Origin: an uncultured Spirochaetales bacterium
GTDB taxonomy: Bacteria > Spirochaetota > Spirochaetia > CAYLLE01
NCBI GenBank assembly: GCA_964384485.1
Contig: CAYLLE010000004.1
Coordinates: 7,379 to 71,378, forward strand
Direction of reading: 5' to 3'
Length of the DNA stretch: 64,000 bases
A program made the position numbers and the translations under genes. How positions within the stretch are numbered: the stretch's first letter is position 1; every line of letters starts with the position of its first letter. This document shows positions 33,740-43,543 of the stretch, in pieces. The notes beneath the pieces are model-generated. The model was not told the origin of the DNA. It did not search any database and was given only the letters and a program-made list of their open reading frames with translations.

Positions 33740-35017
33740 ATGAAGATATGGCTTCCTCTTGTTTTTATGTGGCTCATAATGGGAGTGGAGCAGCCGGTAA
33801 TTGCCGCGGTGATCGCGAGAATGCCTGACCCGGAATTGAATTTAGCAGTTTTCGGAATTGCCTTTTCACTTGCGCTGGTTATTGAAAGTCCGATTATCCA
33901 GCTCCTCGCTGCCGGGACAGCCCTCTCGGGAACAAAAACAGGATACAGGAAGATTCTCGCTTTCACCCACCTTCTAAGCATCTCCCTGACCGCGATTCAC
34001 GCGTTGATTGCCGTAACTCCGCTTTTTTCTATCCTAATGAGGCATATAATACAAATTCCTGAAGAACTCATTGAACCATCGAGACGGGCCTTCATCGCTC
34101 TGCTGCCCTGGTCCGCGTCTATTGCCTACCGGCGACTCTGGCAGGGAGTCCTCATCAAGCACAAAAAGACGGTATATATTCCCGCTACGATGATTATTAG
34201 ACTTGGAGCTACTTCGATTGTTCTGTTCACTGGATTTTTTATGAAAGATACAGCCGGTTCATTAATAGGCGCGCTGTCGTTAACCGCCGGAGTGGCAGGA
34301 GGAGCGGTATCAGCCGGTCTTTTTTCCAGAAACACGATAAAGCAAATCCCCTTATCGGACAATCACGAAACGGCGGAAGTGTCCTGGAAATACCTTTTCC
34401 GGTTTTATACACCCCTTGCTCTCACTTCCTTTATTGTTCTTTCCGCCCGCCCGATTCTGACATTTGGAATAGCCCAGGCACCTGAACCAATATCAAGCCT
34501 GGCTGTCTGGCCGGTGATCACCGCATTCCTGTTTCTCTTTCATTCCATAGCCCTTTCCTATCAGGAATTGGTAATTGCATTATTAAAAAACAGGCAGGGA
34601 TACGGAGTACTTAAAAAGTTTAGGAATTACCTATCCCTCAGTCTCGGTATCCTCTATCTTCTGGCTGTTTTAACCCCGTTCAGGAGGTTCTGGTTCACCG
34701 GATTATCCGGTCTGCCGGAACACTTATACGGATTTGTGACCGTACCTGTCATCATCCTTATCCCTTTTGCTTCCATATTCTCTTTCATTTCATGGTACCG
34801 GGGTCTCCACGTCTGGATGGACCGGACTATCGAAATAACCAGGGCAATACTGGTAAATATCGTGATTTTGCTGGGACTGTTGTTTACAGGAGCGTTTCTC
34901 GTCCCGGTACCCGGTGTCGTTACTGCTACCGCCGCATATGTGCTTTCCGTTGCCGGTGAAGCAGTGTATTTTTATCTAAGGAAACCGGAAAACAGCATAA
35001 TAAAGAAACTGAGCTAA
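33740..35017 (+). CDS. polytopic membrane protein, MATE/MOP-flippase-like
   Basis: It has about 12 predicted hydrophobic helices and two-fold repeat character. GGGAG lies 5 nt before ATG 33740. No firm family motif is recognised. Confidence 0.4.
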   Translation: MKIWLPLVFMWLIMGVEQPVIAAVIARMPDPELNLAVFGIAFSLALVIESPIIQLLAAGTALSGTKTGYRKILAFTHLLSISLTAIHALIAVTPLFSILMRHIIQIPEELIEPSRRAFIALLPWSASIAYRRLWQGVLIKHKKTVYIPATMIIRLGATSIVLFTGFFMKDTAGSLIGALSLTAGVAGGAVSAGLFSRNTIKQIPLSDNHETAEVSWKYLFRFYTPLALTSFIVLSARPILTFGIAQAPEPISSLAVWPVITAFLFLFHSIALSYQELVIALLKNRQGYGVLKKFRNYLSLSLGILYLLAVLTPFRRFWFTGLSGLPEHLYGFVTVPVIILIPFASIFSFISWYRGLHVWMDRTIEITRAILVNIVILLGLLFTGAFLVPVPGVVTATAAYVLSVAGEAVYFYLRKPENSIIKKLS

Positions 35018-35862
35018 AGGCTCTGAAGAAAAGAGATCACTTCCGCTTCAATGTAATCAGGTGTTGATGCCGATGAAACCACCATGACCTTTTTCCAGTC
35101 CTTAAACGGGAACTGCCTTATCCGAAGGTCATCAACGGAATGTATAAAATAGACCTTACCGGCTTGTTTTAATGTATTGTACAGCCGTTTAGCATTGGAA
35201 GATATTTCATCACCTATCACAAACGCAGCATCCGCGGATGCCTGCAGGTTGAGGGCTTCCTTCTCCTTCCGTACGGTAATATCACAGATGGAATCATACA
35301 CCGTCACCGATGCCTGTTCTAAGCTCTCCGCAAGAAAATGCCGGACATCATCAAATAGTTTTCTGTCCGCTGTTGTCTGTGAAATAAGCAAAACCTTTCC
35401 CTGGTCCAGTGTATCAATCTGATCCTGAAGTTCCGAAACTGATTCTACTACAATCCCGTCAGATGCATAACTTTTCAATCCGCGGACCTCAGGATGATCC
35501 TTCTTTCCGGTTATTATTACGAAAAATCCACGGGCGGAATGCTCAGCAATTATATTTTGAATCTTCTTTACCTTACCGCAGGTACAATCGAGAATGGCTA
35601 TTTTTTCCGCGAGTCTGGTTTCGAGTTCTTTCGGTATTCCATGGGTCCGTATGACAGCATGGCTGTCCGGCGGAATTTCATCTACCGATTGAACGGTGTG
35701 TATTCCCTGTGTTTCAAGGCTTTCAATGTAATTTCGGTTATGAATCAGATGTCCCAAAATATAGATGGGTTTAACGGTTTGTTTTTTCAAAGCGAATAGT
35801 TTTGTCTGAGCACGTTTTACTCCGGGACAAAACCCTGTCAAATTTGGGACAATGATGTCCAT
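35014..35862 (-). CDS. ispH: 4-hydroxy-3-methylbut-2-enyl diphosphate reductase
   Basis: GFCPGVKRA, HNRNYIESL, RTHGIPKE and SSNAKRL are the Cys-ligand and family motifs of LytB/IspH. Confidence 0.88.
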   Translation of the reverse strand: MDIIVPNLTGFCPGVKRAQTKLFALKKQTVKPIYILGHLIHNRNYIESLETQGIHTVQSVDEIPPDSHAVIRTHGIPKELETRLAEKIAILDCTCGKVKKIQNIIAEHSARGFFVIITGKKDHPEVRGLKSYASDGIVVESVSELQDQIDTLDQGKVLLISQTTADRKLFDDVRHFLAESLEQASVTVYDSICDITVRKEKEALNLQASADAAFVIGDEISSNAKRLYNTLKQAGKVYFIHSVDDLRIRQFPFKDWKKVMVVSSASTPDYIEAEVISFLQSL

Positions 35863-35958
35863 CTATCTTCTCCCTGCTGCTGCTTGCTATATATTGTTGC
35901 TATAATATAGCATCCGCATTATAACATAAATAAGACAGAAAGTTTTTCGGGGGGTGTA

Positions 35959-36603
35959 ATGATTCGAGGGGTGATTTTAGACATGGACGGGGTTCTGCTC
36001 GATTCTGAAGAGTTTATTGCCGAAGCCGCCATCAAAATGTTCAAAGAAAAAGGGAAAGATGTTAAACGTGAGGACTTTAAACCGTTTATCGGGGCAGGGG
36101 AAGACCGGTACCTTCAGGGAGCGGCAGAAAAATACAATGTAACGCTGGATTTAGACCGTGATAAGGCGCGTACATACGAAATTTACGGAGAATTAATAAA
36201 AGGTAGACTGGACCCGCTTCCGGGTGTGAATTATTTTGTCCGGAAATGCAAGGAAAACGGATTAAAACTCGGATTGGCCACAAGTGCGGACAGGATAAAA
36301 ATGGAAGCTAATCTCCATGAAATAAATTTGCCGGAAGATACTTTTGATGTTGTAATAACCGGGCTTGATGTTATCCGGAAAAAGCCTTATCCGGATATCT
36401 ATCTGCGGAGCGCTGTGCTGATGGGGCTTTCACCCACCCAATGTCTGGTAGTGGAAGACGCGGTCAACGGAGTTGAAGCAGCGAAGAAAGCAGGCGCCCG
36501 GTGTCTCGGGCTTACCACCAGTTTTAAAGCGGAAGAACTGCATGAGGCAGACTGGATTGCTCCTGATCTGGCTCAGTTTCCGGAGGAAGCACTCACCTGG
36601 TAA
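35959..36603 (+). CDS. HAD-superfamily hydrolase (beta-phosphoglucomutase-like subfamily IA)
   Basis: ILDMDGVLLDSE (motif I), LATSA (motif II), KKPYPDIY and VVEDAVNGVEAAKKAG (motif III/IV) are present. Confidence 0.8.
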   Translation: MIRGVILDMDGVLLDSEEFIAEAAIKMFKEKGKDVKREDFKPFIGAGEDRYLQGAAEKYNVTLDLDRDKARTYEIYGELIKGRLDPLPGVNYFVRKCKENGLKLGLATSADRIKMEANLHEINLPEDTFDVVITGLDVIRKKPYPDIYLRSAVLMGLSPTQCLVVEDAVNGVEAAKKAGARCLGLTTSFKAEELHEADWIAPDLAQFPEEALTW

Positions 36604-36621
36604 TGGCAATTCCCGGCGATT
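36604..36621. repeat. single REP-like unit (site D)
   Basis: TGGCAATTCCCGGCGATT starts 1 nt after the HAD gene stop, between convergent genes. Confidence 0.5.
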
Positions 36622-36675
36622 CAAGAATACGCACTTATAAGTTTTTCCTTGCAAATATTGATCGCAGGTAATTGC

Positions 36676-37269
36676 TCAATTGGCGACTTGCGCTTTTAAA
36701 TTGCGGCATAAAGAGAGAAAATAAGAATGTATTCTTAGGTCATCGGTGAGTTCCGGATGAAATGTGGCGGAAAGAATGTTTCTGTACCGGATGAACACCG
36801 GATTTCCCTCGAATTCCCCCAGCACTTCCACCTCCGGATCAAGGATTGCTTTGATAATGGGAGCCCGGATAAATACACTCCGGACCGGTTCTTCTCCGAG
36901 CACGGGCATGGAAATATCGGTTTCAAAACTTTCAATCTGCCTTCCGTAAGCATTCCGCGATACTTTTACCGGAAGAACACCGATTCGGTACTGACTGCTC
37001 GACTCGATTTCACGGGACAGGATGATAGTCCCCGCGCAGGTTCCGAAAACCGGAAAACCGGAATTGATTTTCTGCTCCAAAGGTTCGGAAAGCCCGAAAC
37101 GGCACAGCAGCTTTCCAATTGTTGTACTTTCGCCGCCGGGTATGATCAGACCGGAAACTCCTTCCAGCTCGGCACTATCACGAACAGCCGCGGGGGAGGC
37201 CCCGGAAGCACGGATCATATCCATGTGTTTCCGGAAATCCCCCTGAAGTGTGAGTACTCCAATTTTCAT
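36676..37269 (-). CDS. pdxT: pyridoxal 5'-phosphate synthase glutaminase subunit
   Basis: KIGVLTLQGDF, the catalytic Cys in FGTCAG and ATFHPELT are present. Confidence 0.9.
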   Translation of the reverse strand: MKIGVLTLQGDFRKHMDMIRASGASPAAVRDSAELEGVSGLIIPGGESTTIGKLLCRFGLSEPLEQKINSGFPVFGTCAGTIILSREIESSSQYRIGVLPVKVSRNAYGRQIESFETDISMPVLGEEPVRSVFIRAPIIKAILDPEVEVLGEFEGNPVFIRYRNILSATFHPELTDDLRIHSYFLSLCRNLKAQVAN

Positions 37270-37277
37270 TCAGCTTT

Positions 37278-38183
37278 TTACCACCCTCTGCCGGCTATCC
37301 GCTTGTCGGCATCAAGATCGTCTACATTGATGCCGACCATAGGTTCTCCAAGATCTTCGGAAATCTCAGCGAGTTTTGCCGGATCATTGTAATAGGTAAC
37401 AGATTCTACGATCGCTTTCGCCCGCCGTTCAGGATTTCCTGACTTAAAAATGCCGGAACCCACAAACACAGCTTCAGCACCAAGCTGCATCATAAGAGCC
37501 GCGTCCGCGGGAGTTGCAATTCCGCCGGCCGAGAAGTTCGGAACGGGAAGTTTACCGGTTTCGGCGATTTCCACAAGAAGATCATAGGGCGCACCGAGAT
37601 TTTTTGCCTCGCTCATAAGTTCTTCTTTTGCCATGGTTGTCAGCTTCCGAATTCCGTCCATTACATTGCGCATGTGTCTGACCGCTTCGATAACGTCACC
37701 GGTACCGGCTTCACCTTTTGTTCTGATCATTGCGGCGCCTTCCCCTATACGGCGGAGAGCTTCACCGAGATCCCGGCATCCGCAGACAAAAGGAACCTTG
37801 AAATCATCCTTTTTCACGTGGAAACGGTCATCCGCGGGAGTAAGCACTTCACTTTCGTCGATAAAATCCACTCCCATGGACTCTAAAATACGCGCTTCCA
37901 TAAAATGACCGATCCGGCATTTTGCCATAACCGGTACCGTAACCGCCGATTGTATTGCTTTTATGATAACCGGATCGGACATTCTTGCCACACCGCCCTG
38001 TACCCGGATATCCGCCGGAACCCGCTCGAGGGCCATAACTGCCGCGGCTCCCGCTTCTTCCGCTATTTTTGCCTGTTCAGGAGTGGTCACATCCATAATC
38101 ACTCCGCCTTTGAGCATTTCTGCAAGACCGACTTTGTTGCGCCACGTTGCTTTTTGTCGTTGAGACCACATTGTATCACTCAT
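37278..38183 (-). CDS. pdxS: pyridoxal 5'-phosphate synthase lyase subunit
   Basis: [47 protein letters not shown] and FVGSGIFKS are present. The conserved region begins at M 38183. The track ORF's extra 51 N-terminal codons look like a read-through extension. Confidence 0.9.
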   Translation of the reverse strand: MSDTMWSQRQKATWRNKVGLAEMLKGGVIMDVTTPEQAKIAEEAGAAAVMALERVPADIRVQGGVARMSDPVIIKAIQSAVTVPVMAKCRIGHFMEARILESMGVDFIDESEVLTPADDRFHVKKDDFKVPFVCGCRDLGEALRRIGEGAAMIRTKGEAGTGDVIEAVRHMRNVMDGIRKLTTMAKEELMSEAKNLGAPYDLLVEIAETGKLPVPNFSAGGIATPADAALMMQLGAEAVFVGSGIFKSGNPERRAKAIVESVTYYNDPAKLAEISEDLGEPMVGINVDDLDADKRIAGRGW

Positions 38184-38305
38184 AATATTCCTCTTATTGG
38201 TATGTATAGACCTAGGATAATACCACAGAAGGCATTTCTCGGTGAATACCTTTTGAAAAATCGTATTGGTTGCACCCCTTATTATTCTTCCGTTATACTT
38301 GAAAT

Positions 38306-39199
38306 GTGGAAATAAGGGAAGAATTAGAATTGTCAATTGCAGAAAATAGCCTGCTGGATATGCACAGCTTGCTGAATGTGTTGAACATCGTCAACTATGA
38401 ACTTTTTGAGCTTAGCGAAGGGTTGGGCAATCCGGAATCTCTCGAAAAAGTCATGAACGGTATAAAGATATTTGCGCATAAATTAAGGGATCGAAACGAG
38501 GCACTTAATCAGATAGAGAATGTGGAAAATTTCATTCAAAACATATTAACCGCAATGGATGAAATAAGCTCAGGCAGAAACACCGAAGAGATACGGCGGA
38601 TTACAAATACAAAGAAAAACCTGGACCTGGTTTTTTCGGTCTTGAACGTCCGGGCTAGAGAAATTGCTGCACGGGCGGACAACCCCCACGCATGGGTTAT
38701 GCATGATATAAACCAGCTGAAAAAGAATTTTTTACAGGTTTTTAAAGCGATTGAACAAAACGCCCGGGGCAGATACCGCATTGTCGATAATATTGCCTGT
38801 TATGAACATGGAGACTACTTCCTAAGCCTGCGGATTGATTCGGTGAACGGAAGCACCGTCTATATACCGGCAGTTTTTCAGGATGTAATACGCGATCTTA
38901 TCGCTAATGCCCGTAAATACACCCCGCCGGGAGGAAAAATCATCGCAGGTTTCTACCAAGGAGAAAAAGAGATTCGATTCGTGGTGATGGACAACGGGAG
39001 AGGTATCCCTGAAAAAGAGATTCCGAAATTAATAGAATTCGGCTCCCGGGGATCAAATGTACAGGACCGTCCCACCCGGGGCGGAGGATTCGGCTTAACG
39101 AAAGCCTACTACGTCACAAAAAAACACAACGGCCGGATGTGGATCGAAAACAGGAAACCCAAAGGCACCCGTATAGAGATAAGAATCCCGCTCCCGTAA
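38306..39199 (+). CDS. soluble GHKL-ATPase / histidine-kinase-like protein
   Basis: The N box is [10 protein letters not shown]1 is MDNGRGI and G2 is GGGFGLTK. There are no TM segments, no obvious sensor domain and no clear canonical H box. The start (GTG 38306) is uncertain. Confidence 0.55.
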   Translation: MEIREELELSIAENSLLDMHSLLNVLNIVNYELFELSEGLGNPESLEKVMNGIKIFAHKLRDRNEALNQIENVENFIQNILTAMDEISSGRNTEEIRRITNTKKNLDLVFSVLNVRAREIAARADNPHAWVMHDINQLKKNFLQVFKAIEQNARGRYRIVDNIACYEHGDYFLSLRIDSVNGSTVYIPAVFQDVIRDLIANARKYTPPGGKIIAGFYQGEKEIRFVVMDNGRGIPEKEIPKLIEFGSRGSNVQDRPTRGGGFGLTKAYYVTKKHNGRMWIENRKPKGTRIEIRIPLP

Positions 39200-39246
39200 A
39201 CCTTGTCTGGTGTACTATTTAAAGTGAGATATGGTATTATTTATAC

Positions 39247-39945
39247 ATGCAGGAAATTGCCCGGAATATCCGGAATATCACAGAAGAGATCGGCAGGATC
39301 TGCGGCAGATGCGGCCGGCATCTCTCTGAAATAAAGATTATGGGTGTAACCAAAACAAGAAGCCGGGAAGCGGTTATGGCAGCATATCAAGCGGGACTGC
39401 GGCTATTCGGTGAAAACAAGATCCAGGAAGCGAAAGAAAAATTCACTGAACATCTTCCCGATGACGCTGAACTCCATTTCATCGGACATCTACAGCGAAA
39501 CAAGGCCAAAGAGGTCCCCGGATTTTATACCATGGTACAGTCTGTCGATTCCCTGCGGTTAATTTCAGAATTAGACAAACGGTGTGCACAGGCAGGTACC
39601 AAACTGCCGGTACTGCTGGAGTACAATGTTTCCGGTGAAGAATCCAAATTCGGGTTTCAAAATCCTGATGATCTATTTAAAGGCGCCGGTGCCGCAATGG
39701 AGGCCTCACACCTGGAACTGCGGGGACTGATGACCGTGGGTATTTTTACCGAGGATAAAAATACTGTACGGAAAGGATTCAGACTCCTCCGTAAGCATTA
39801 CTTACGCCTGCAGGAACAGTACCCGGAAGCAAAAATCGATACGCTTTCCATGGGTATGAGTTCCGATTACGCGGCCGCAATAGAAGAAGGGTCAACTCTG
39901 GTACGGATAGGTACAGCCATTTTCGGTCCCCGGAGGTACACATGA
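39247..39945 (+). CDS. yggS: YggS-family PLP-binding (PLP homeostasis) protein
   Basis: GVTKTRS carries the PLP lysine. FGENKIQEA, HFIGHLQRNK and LSMGMSSDY are present. Confidence 0.88.
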   Translation: MQEIARNIRNITEEIGRICGRCGRHLSEIKIMGVTKTRSREAVMAAYQAGLRLFGENKIQEAKEKFTEHLPDDAELHFIGHLQRNKAKEVPGFYTMVQSVDSLRLISELDKRCAQAGTKLPVLLEYNVSGEESKFGFQNPDDLFKGAGAAMEASHLELRGLMTVGIFTEDKNTVRKGFRLLRKHYLRLQEQYPEAKIDTLSMGMSSDYAAAIEEGSTLVRIGTAIFGPRRYT

Positions 39946-40322
39946 AGCGTGCACTCACCGCCGTTCTTATACTGACATTATTCGGGATTTCAGCTGGGTA
40001 TGCCCAGGAGGAACCGATACCGTATGAACCGGATGAGTTTCCTCAATGGTCCCGGGATTTACGGCGTGCGGAAATTGTGGCGGTTGGAGTTTTTCCAATT
40101 GCGTTCTTTATATCGAATTTAACCTACGGCATAGCCCGGTTCGCGATTAATGGCTTCGACAGCGCCTACGCGCCGTGGTTTTTCGCGCCTCCGGACGCGC
40201 CTTCTCTGACCCGTCCGGAAAAAACCGGTCTTTTACTGACGAGTATCGGAATATCTCTTACCATCTCGCTTGTCGACCTCCTTTTAAAAGACTCCGGACA
40301 GGAATCCGAAGAAGATCAATAG
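39942..40322 (+). CDS. hypothetical small membrane protein
   Basis: It has a signal-like N-terminus, two further hydrophobic segments and an acidic tail. It is translationally coupled to yggS (ATGA). Confidence 0.35.
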   Translation: MKRALTAVLILTLFGISAGYAQEEPIPYEPDEFPQWSRDLRRAEIVAVGVFPIAFFISNLTYGIARFAINGFDSAYAPWFFAPPDAPSLTRPEKTGLLLTSIGISLTISLVDLLLKDSGQESEEDQ

Positions 40323-40325
40323 GAT

Positions 40326-41249
40326 ATGCCGCGACAAATAACCCGCTGGTCTGCAAATCTCGTCCCCCAAACTACAGTGCGCGCGGATAAATATATCTCC
40401 GAGCATCATAAACTAATGACCAGAAGCCAGCTTAAAAATCGGCTGGTCTATATAAAGATTAATGGGCGGCCGGCTAAACTTTCAACCGCACTGAACCCGG
40501 GCGATCATATTGAACTCTGTTACGAAGAGGAGACGGAAATCCGCCTGGAGGGGGAAAACATCGTCTTAGATGTTCTCTACGAAGATGATGCCGTTATCAC
40601 CGTAAACAAACCCCAGGGAATGGTTGTGCATCCCGCGAAAGGCCATAGAACCGGTACACTTGTACAGGCTCTTCTTTACCGGTGCGGTATTCTGCCCGGT
40701 GGAGACCACAGCTCCGGAGTAAGGCCGGGTATTGTACACCGACTGGATAAAGATACATCCGGAGTCATAATAGCCGCAAAAACCCCGGATGCACTGGATT
40801 ATTTGGCAAAACAGTTTAAAGACCGGTCAACCGAAAAACGGTACACAGCCTTAGTAAAAGGTGAAATCCGCCCGGCAGCCGGGGAAATAACATCATTTTT
40901 AGGGAGAGATCCCCGGCACAGGAAACGGTTTGCCGAAGTTGAACGGGGAGGGAAGGAATCGGTTACGCGCTACCGTACACTCCGGCGGTTTAACGGCTAT
41001 ACACTCCTGCAGTTATCACCTAAAACCGGCCGAACCCACCAGCTCAGGGTGCACCTCTCCAGCAGGGGAAATCCGATTTTGGGGGATCCGGTGTATGCAA
41101 GGAAAGATCCGGCTTTTCCTGAAGCCGGCCTCATGCTCCATTCGTACTATTTAAGAATAGGAGTACCCGGCGGAATTACAAAGATTTTCCGGGCTCCCCT
41201 GCCGGAACATTTCCGCTCTATAATAGGAAAACTTAAACAACAGCGCTGA
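40326..41249 (+). CDS. rluD: RluA/RluD-family 23S rRNA pseudouridine synthase
   Basis: An S4-like N-terminus is followed by the catalytic HRLDKDTSGVIIAAK and GRTHQLRVH. Confidence 0.85.
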   Translation: MPRQITRWSANLVPQTTVRADKYISEHHKLMTRSQLKNRLVYIKINGRPAKLSTALNPGDHIELCYEEETEIRLEGENIVLDVLYEDDAVITVNKPQGMVVHPAKGHRTGTLVQALLYRCGILPGGDHSSGVRPGIVHRLDKDTSGVIIAAKTPDALDYLAKQFKDRSTEKRYTALVKGEIRPAAGEITSFLGRDPRHRKRFAEVERGGKESVTRYRTLRRFNGYTLLQLSPKTGRTHQLRVHLSSRGNPILGDPVYARKDPAFPEAGLMLHSYYLRIGVPGGITKIFRAPLPEHFRSIIGKLKQQR

Positions 41250-41819
41250 TTATGACCCCTCAATTATTTCTTTATTTATCCGCTGTTCAATTTCAATAGT
41301 TGTGGGAGGGCCGTTCCCGGGCAGAACGATAAGTTTTTTTTCTTTGGTAAGTATTTTATTTCTAAGGTTCTGAATCGTAACGGAACGGTTGAATGAACTG
41401 TAGGTGTTACCCACCAGTCCGGCGGAAAGGGCATACCCGGTGAAAAGCTGATTGCCGATATGAAATACAACCGATTCGTTCGATTCTCCGGAGACAAAGT
41501 AACAGTTTACAGTAAAGTTGGCAGCCGTGAACTCGGTATCTTCCGAGAGCCGGGTAGCGGGAAAATCGAAGACGTGTGATTTAGCGGAAAACAATTCAGC
41601 GTCATACACTTTCTTTATTGTCTTTATACCGTGAAATGCGTGATCCGGTTCGTGGGTCAGCAGAATAGCACGGATGTAATAACCATGGGCTTCGATAAGT
41701 TCCAGCAGGGCAACGTCGAAGGCTGAAGGGTCAATCACCAAAGCATCGCCGGGTTCACCCGGACCGACCACATAGGTATTTGAAAATCCTGTCGACGTAA
41801 AATGATAAAATACTTTCAC
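41250..41819 (-). CDS. metallo-beta-lactamase-fold protein with substituted metal ligands
   Basis: The MBL fold order is conserved (NTYVVG..ALVIDP..AILLTH..). However, THEPDH replaces THxHxDH, GES replaces GH(T/S), FTGY replaces F(T/S)GD and PGNG replaces PGHG. Confidence 0.6.
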   Translation of the reverse strand: MKVFYHFTSTGFSNTYVVGPGEPGDALVIDPSAFDVALLELIEAHGYYIRAILLTHEPDHAFHGIKTIKKVYDAELFSAKSHVFDFPATRLSEDTEFTAANFTVNCYFVSGESNESVVFHIGNQLFTGYALSAGLVGNTYSSFNRSVTIQNLRNKILTKEKKLIVLPGNGPPTTIEIEQRINKEIIEGS

Positions 41820-41822
41820 TGC

Positions 41823-42413
41823 TCACACTTCCCTCTGAAAAATAGCTTCTTCAAAATTAGAATACTTAAAGGTTACATCATCCCTCGAAGCATAAGTGAA
41901 ATTCGTCCGCTTAAGGTTGCAGTCCACAAACCGGACTCCCACCAGCCGGGAGTTTACAAAACGGGAATCATAAAGATCTGAGTCGCTGAAATCACAATCA
42001 ATACACACCGTTCCCGCAAAATTGCTCTTTATTAAATCTGAGTTTTTGAACGTTGTGCCCGAAAGCTCTGACCCGGCAAAAACCGAAAAGTGCATCGATA
42101 TTTCCTGAAAATCACAGGTGTGAAACAGTCCGAAATCCATGAATACAAATTGAAAGATACACTTCTTAAAAGAGGCTTCATTAAATTTCACGTGAGAAAA
42201 AAGACAATGCCGTATTTCCTTCCCGGAAAAATCGACGCCGGAAAGATCGGTGAAAGAAAAATTGAGCTGTTTGAGGAGGTTATTCCGGTTTATATGCTCT
42301 TTAACAGAATTTTGGTACTGCCCTTGATCGGGATGATGAATAAAACAGGTATCAGCAAAACTGACTGCATAATTGCTGCAGTCATCCACACTACAGGAAC
42401 AGAAATTAACCAT
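41823..42413 (-). CDS. pentapeptide-repeat protein
   Basis: There are tandem A(D/N)LXX-type repeats (LSGVDFSGKEIRHCLFSHVKFNEASFKKCIF ..) along most of the 196 aa. Confidence 0.7.
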   Translation of the reverse strand: MVNFCSCSVDDCSNYAVSFADTCFIHHPDQGQYQNSVKEHINRNNLLKQLNFSFTDLSGVDFSGKEIRHCLFSHVKFNEASFKKCIFQFVFMDFGLFHTCDFQEISMHFSVFAGSELSGTTFKNSDLIKSNFAGTVCIDCDFSDSDLYDSRFVNSRLVGVRFVDCNLKRTNFTYASRDDVTFKYSNFEEAIFQREV

Positions 42414-42468
42414 GAATCGATTATATATTACCTTGCCAAAGGTGAAAAGAACCGTTTACAATACAGTC

Positions 42469-42759
42469 ATGGCTGGATGTTATAAATGCGGATACAAACT
42501 TCCGGATCACACTAAAATATACAGAACAACGCTCTGTCCGAATTGTGACGCCGATCTGAAAGTCTGTCTAAATTGCATCTTTTTTGATCCCGCTTCCCAC
42601 TGGCAATGCAGGGAAACAATATCAGAACAGGTTAAAGACAAAGAAAAAGCGAACTTCTGTGACTATTTTTCCCCGCGGGAAAACCGGGGAGGACCTGGCG
42701 CGGAACGACAGAAAAAAGATGATGCCCGGAATAAGTTCAACGACCTCTTCGGTGAATGA
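42469..42759 (+). CDS. small Cys-rich zinc-ribbon protein
   Basis: From ATG 42469 the protein reads CYKCG..CPNC..CLNC..C..C. The track ORF's upstream 32 codons overlap the divergent pentapeptide gene. Confidence 0.45.
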   Translation: MAGCYKCGYKLPDHTKIYRTTLCPNCDADLKVCLNCIFFDPASHWQCRETISEQVKDKEKANFCDYFSPRENRGGPGAERQKKDDARNKFNDLFGE

Positions 42760-43543
42760 CGAACGGGGAATTGCCTTTTTCGATTCCGGGGTAGGCGGAC
42801 TTCCGTACTTCGAGACAGCCGCGAGACTACTACCGTCGGAGTCCTTCCTCTACCTTTGTGACCGGGAAAATTTTCCCTACGGCGGAAGGCCGGCCGAAGA
42901 AATCTGCGCTTTTACCGAAAAAGCGGTCCATCTCCTATTAGAAAAGAAGAACCCCAAAATCATCGTGATAGCCTGTAATACCGCTACGGTAGTTGCCCTG
43001 GCGCACCTGCGGCGTACCTTCTCTGTCCCTTTTGTCGGAGTAGTTCCCGCGGTTAAACCCGCGGCGCTGCAATCAATAAATAAAAAGATCGGAATACTTG
43101 CGACGGCACGCACTGTTCAAGACAAATATCTGCAGCGTCTCATAACCGATTTTGCTGCCGACTGTACTACAGTGCTCCTGCCCGGGAACGAACTTGTGGA
43201 GTACGTTGAATACTGCTTCTTCGATGACCCTTCCGCAGAAACAGTGAATGTTTTAAATTCCACCGCTTCAGCGTTTAACCAAGCCGGGGTCGATTCGGTT
43301 GTACTCGGCTGTACCCATTTTATCTATATTATTAATGAACTGAAGAAGCGGCTCAACCCGCAGATAAAAATAATAGATTCCAGGGAGGGCGTAGCCAGAC
43401 AGCTTGTGCGGGTATTGGGGCAAGACCGGTCATCCGGAAAAATGAAGCAGCGCGAGATGTATCACACGGGGAAAGAAGAGGACGCGGACGGTCTCACCCG
43501 GTTTTCCGATCAATTCGGTCTGGTTTTTAGGGGTAAAATATAA
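42719..43543 (+). CDS. murI: glutamate racemase
   Basis: FFDSGVGGLPY, the catalytic Cys in VIACNTA and in VLGCTHF are present. The start is ambiguous (ATG 42719 or GTG 42752); the track ORF starts at 42584. Confidence 0.88.
   Translation: MMPGISSTTSSVNDERGIAFFDSGVGGLPYFETAARLLPSESFLYLCDRENFPYGGRPAEEICAFTEKAVHLLLEKKNPKIIVIACNTATVVALAHLRRTFSVPFVGVVPAVKPAALQSINKKIGILATARTVQDKYLQRLITDFAADCTTVLLPGNELVEYVEYCFFDDPSAETVNVLNSTASAFNQAGVDSVVLGCTHFIYIINELKKRLNPQIKIIDSREGVARQLVRVLGQDRSSGKMKQREMYHTGKEEDADGLTRFSDQFGLVFRGKI

Noticed and set aside
33622-33981. A 119-aa minus-strand ORF overlaps the start of the MATE-like gene.
   Set aside because: It is antisense to a hydrophobic membrane-protein gene, has no motif and no Shine-Dalgarno. 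It is most likely spurious.
38184-38336. The ORF track shows a 51-codon N-terminal extension of pdxS.
   Set aside because: Conserved PdxS sequence begins only after the Met at 38183. The extension has no homology features and would overlap the divergent gene start, so it is a read-through of the upstream region.
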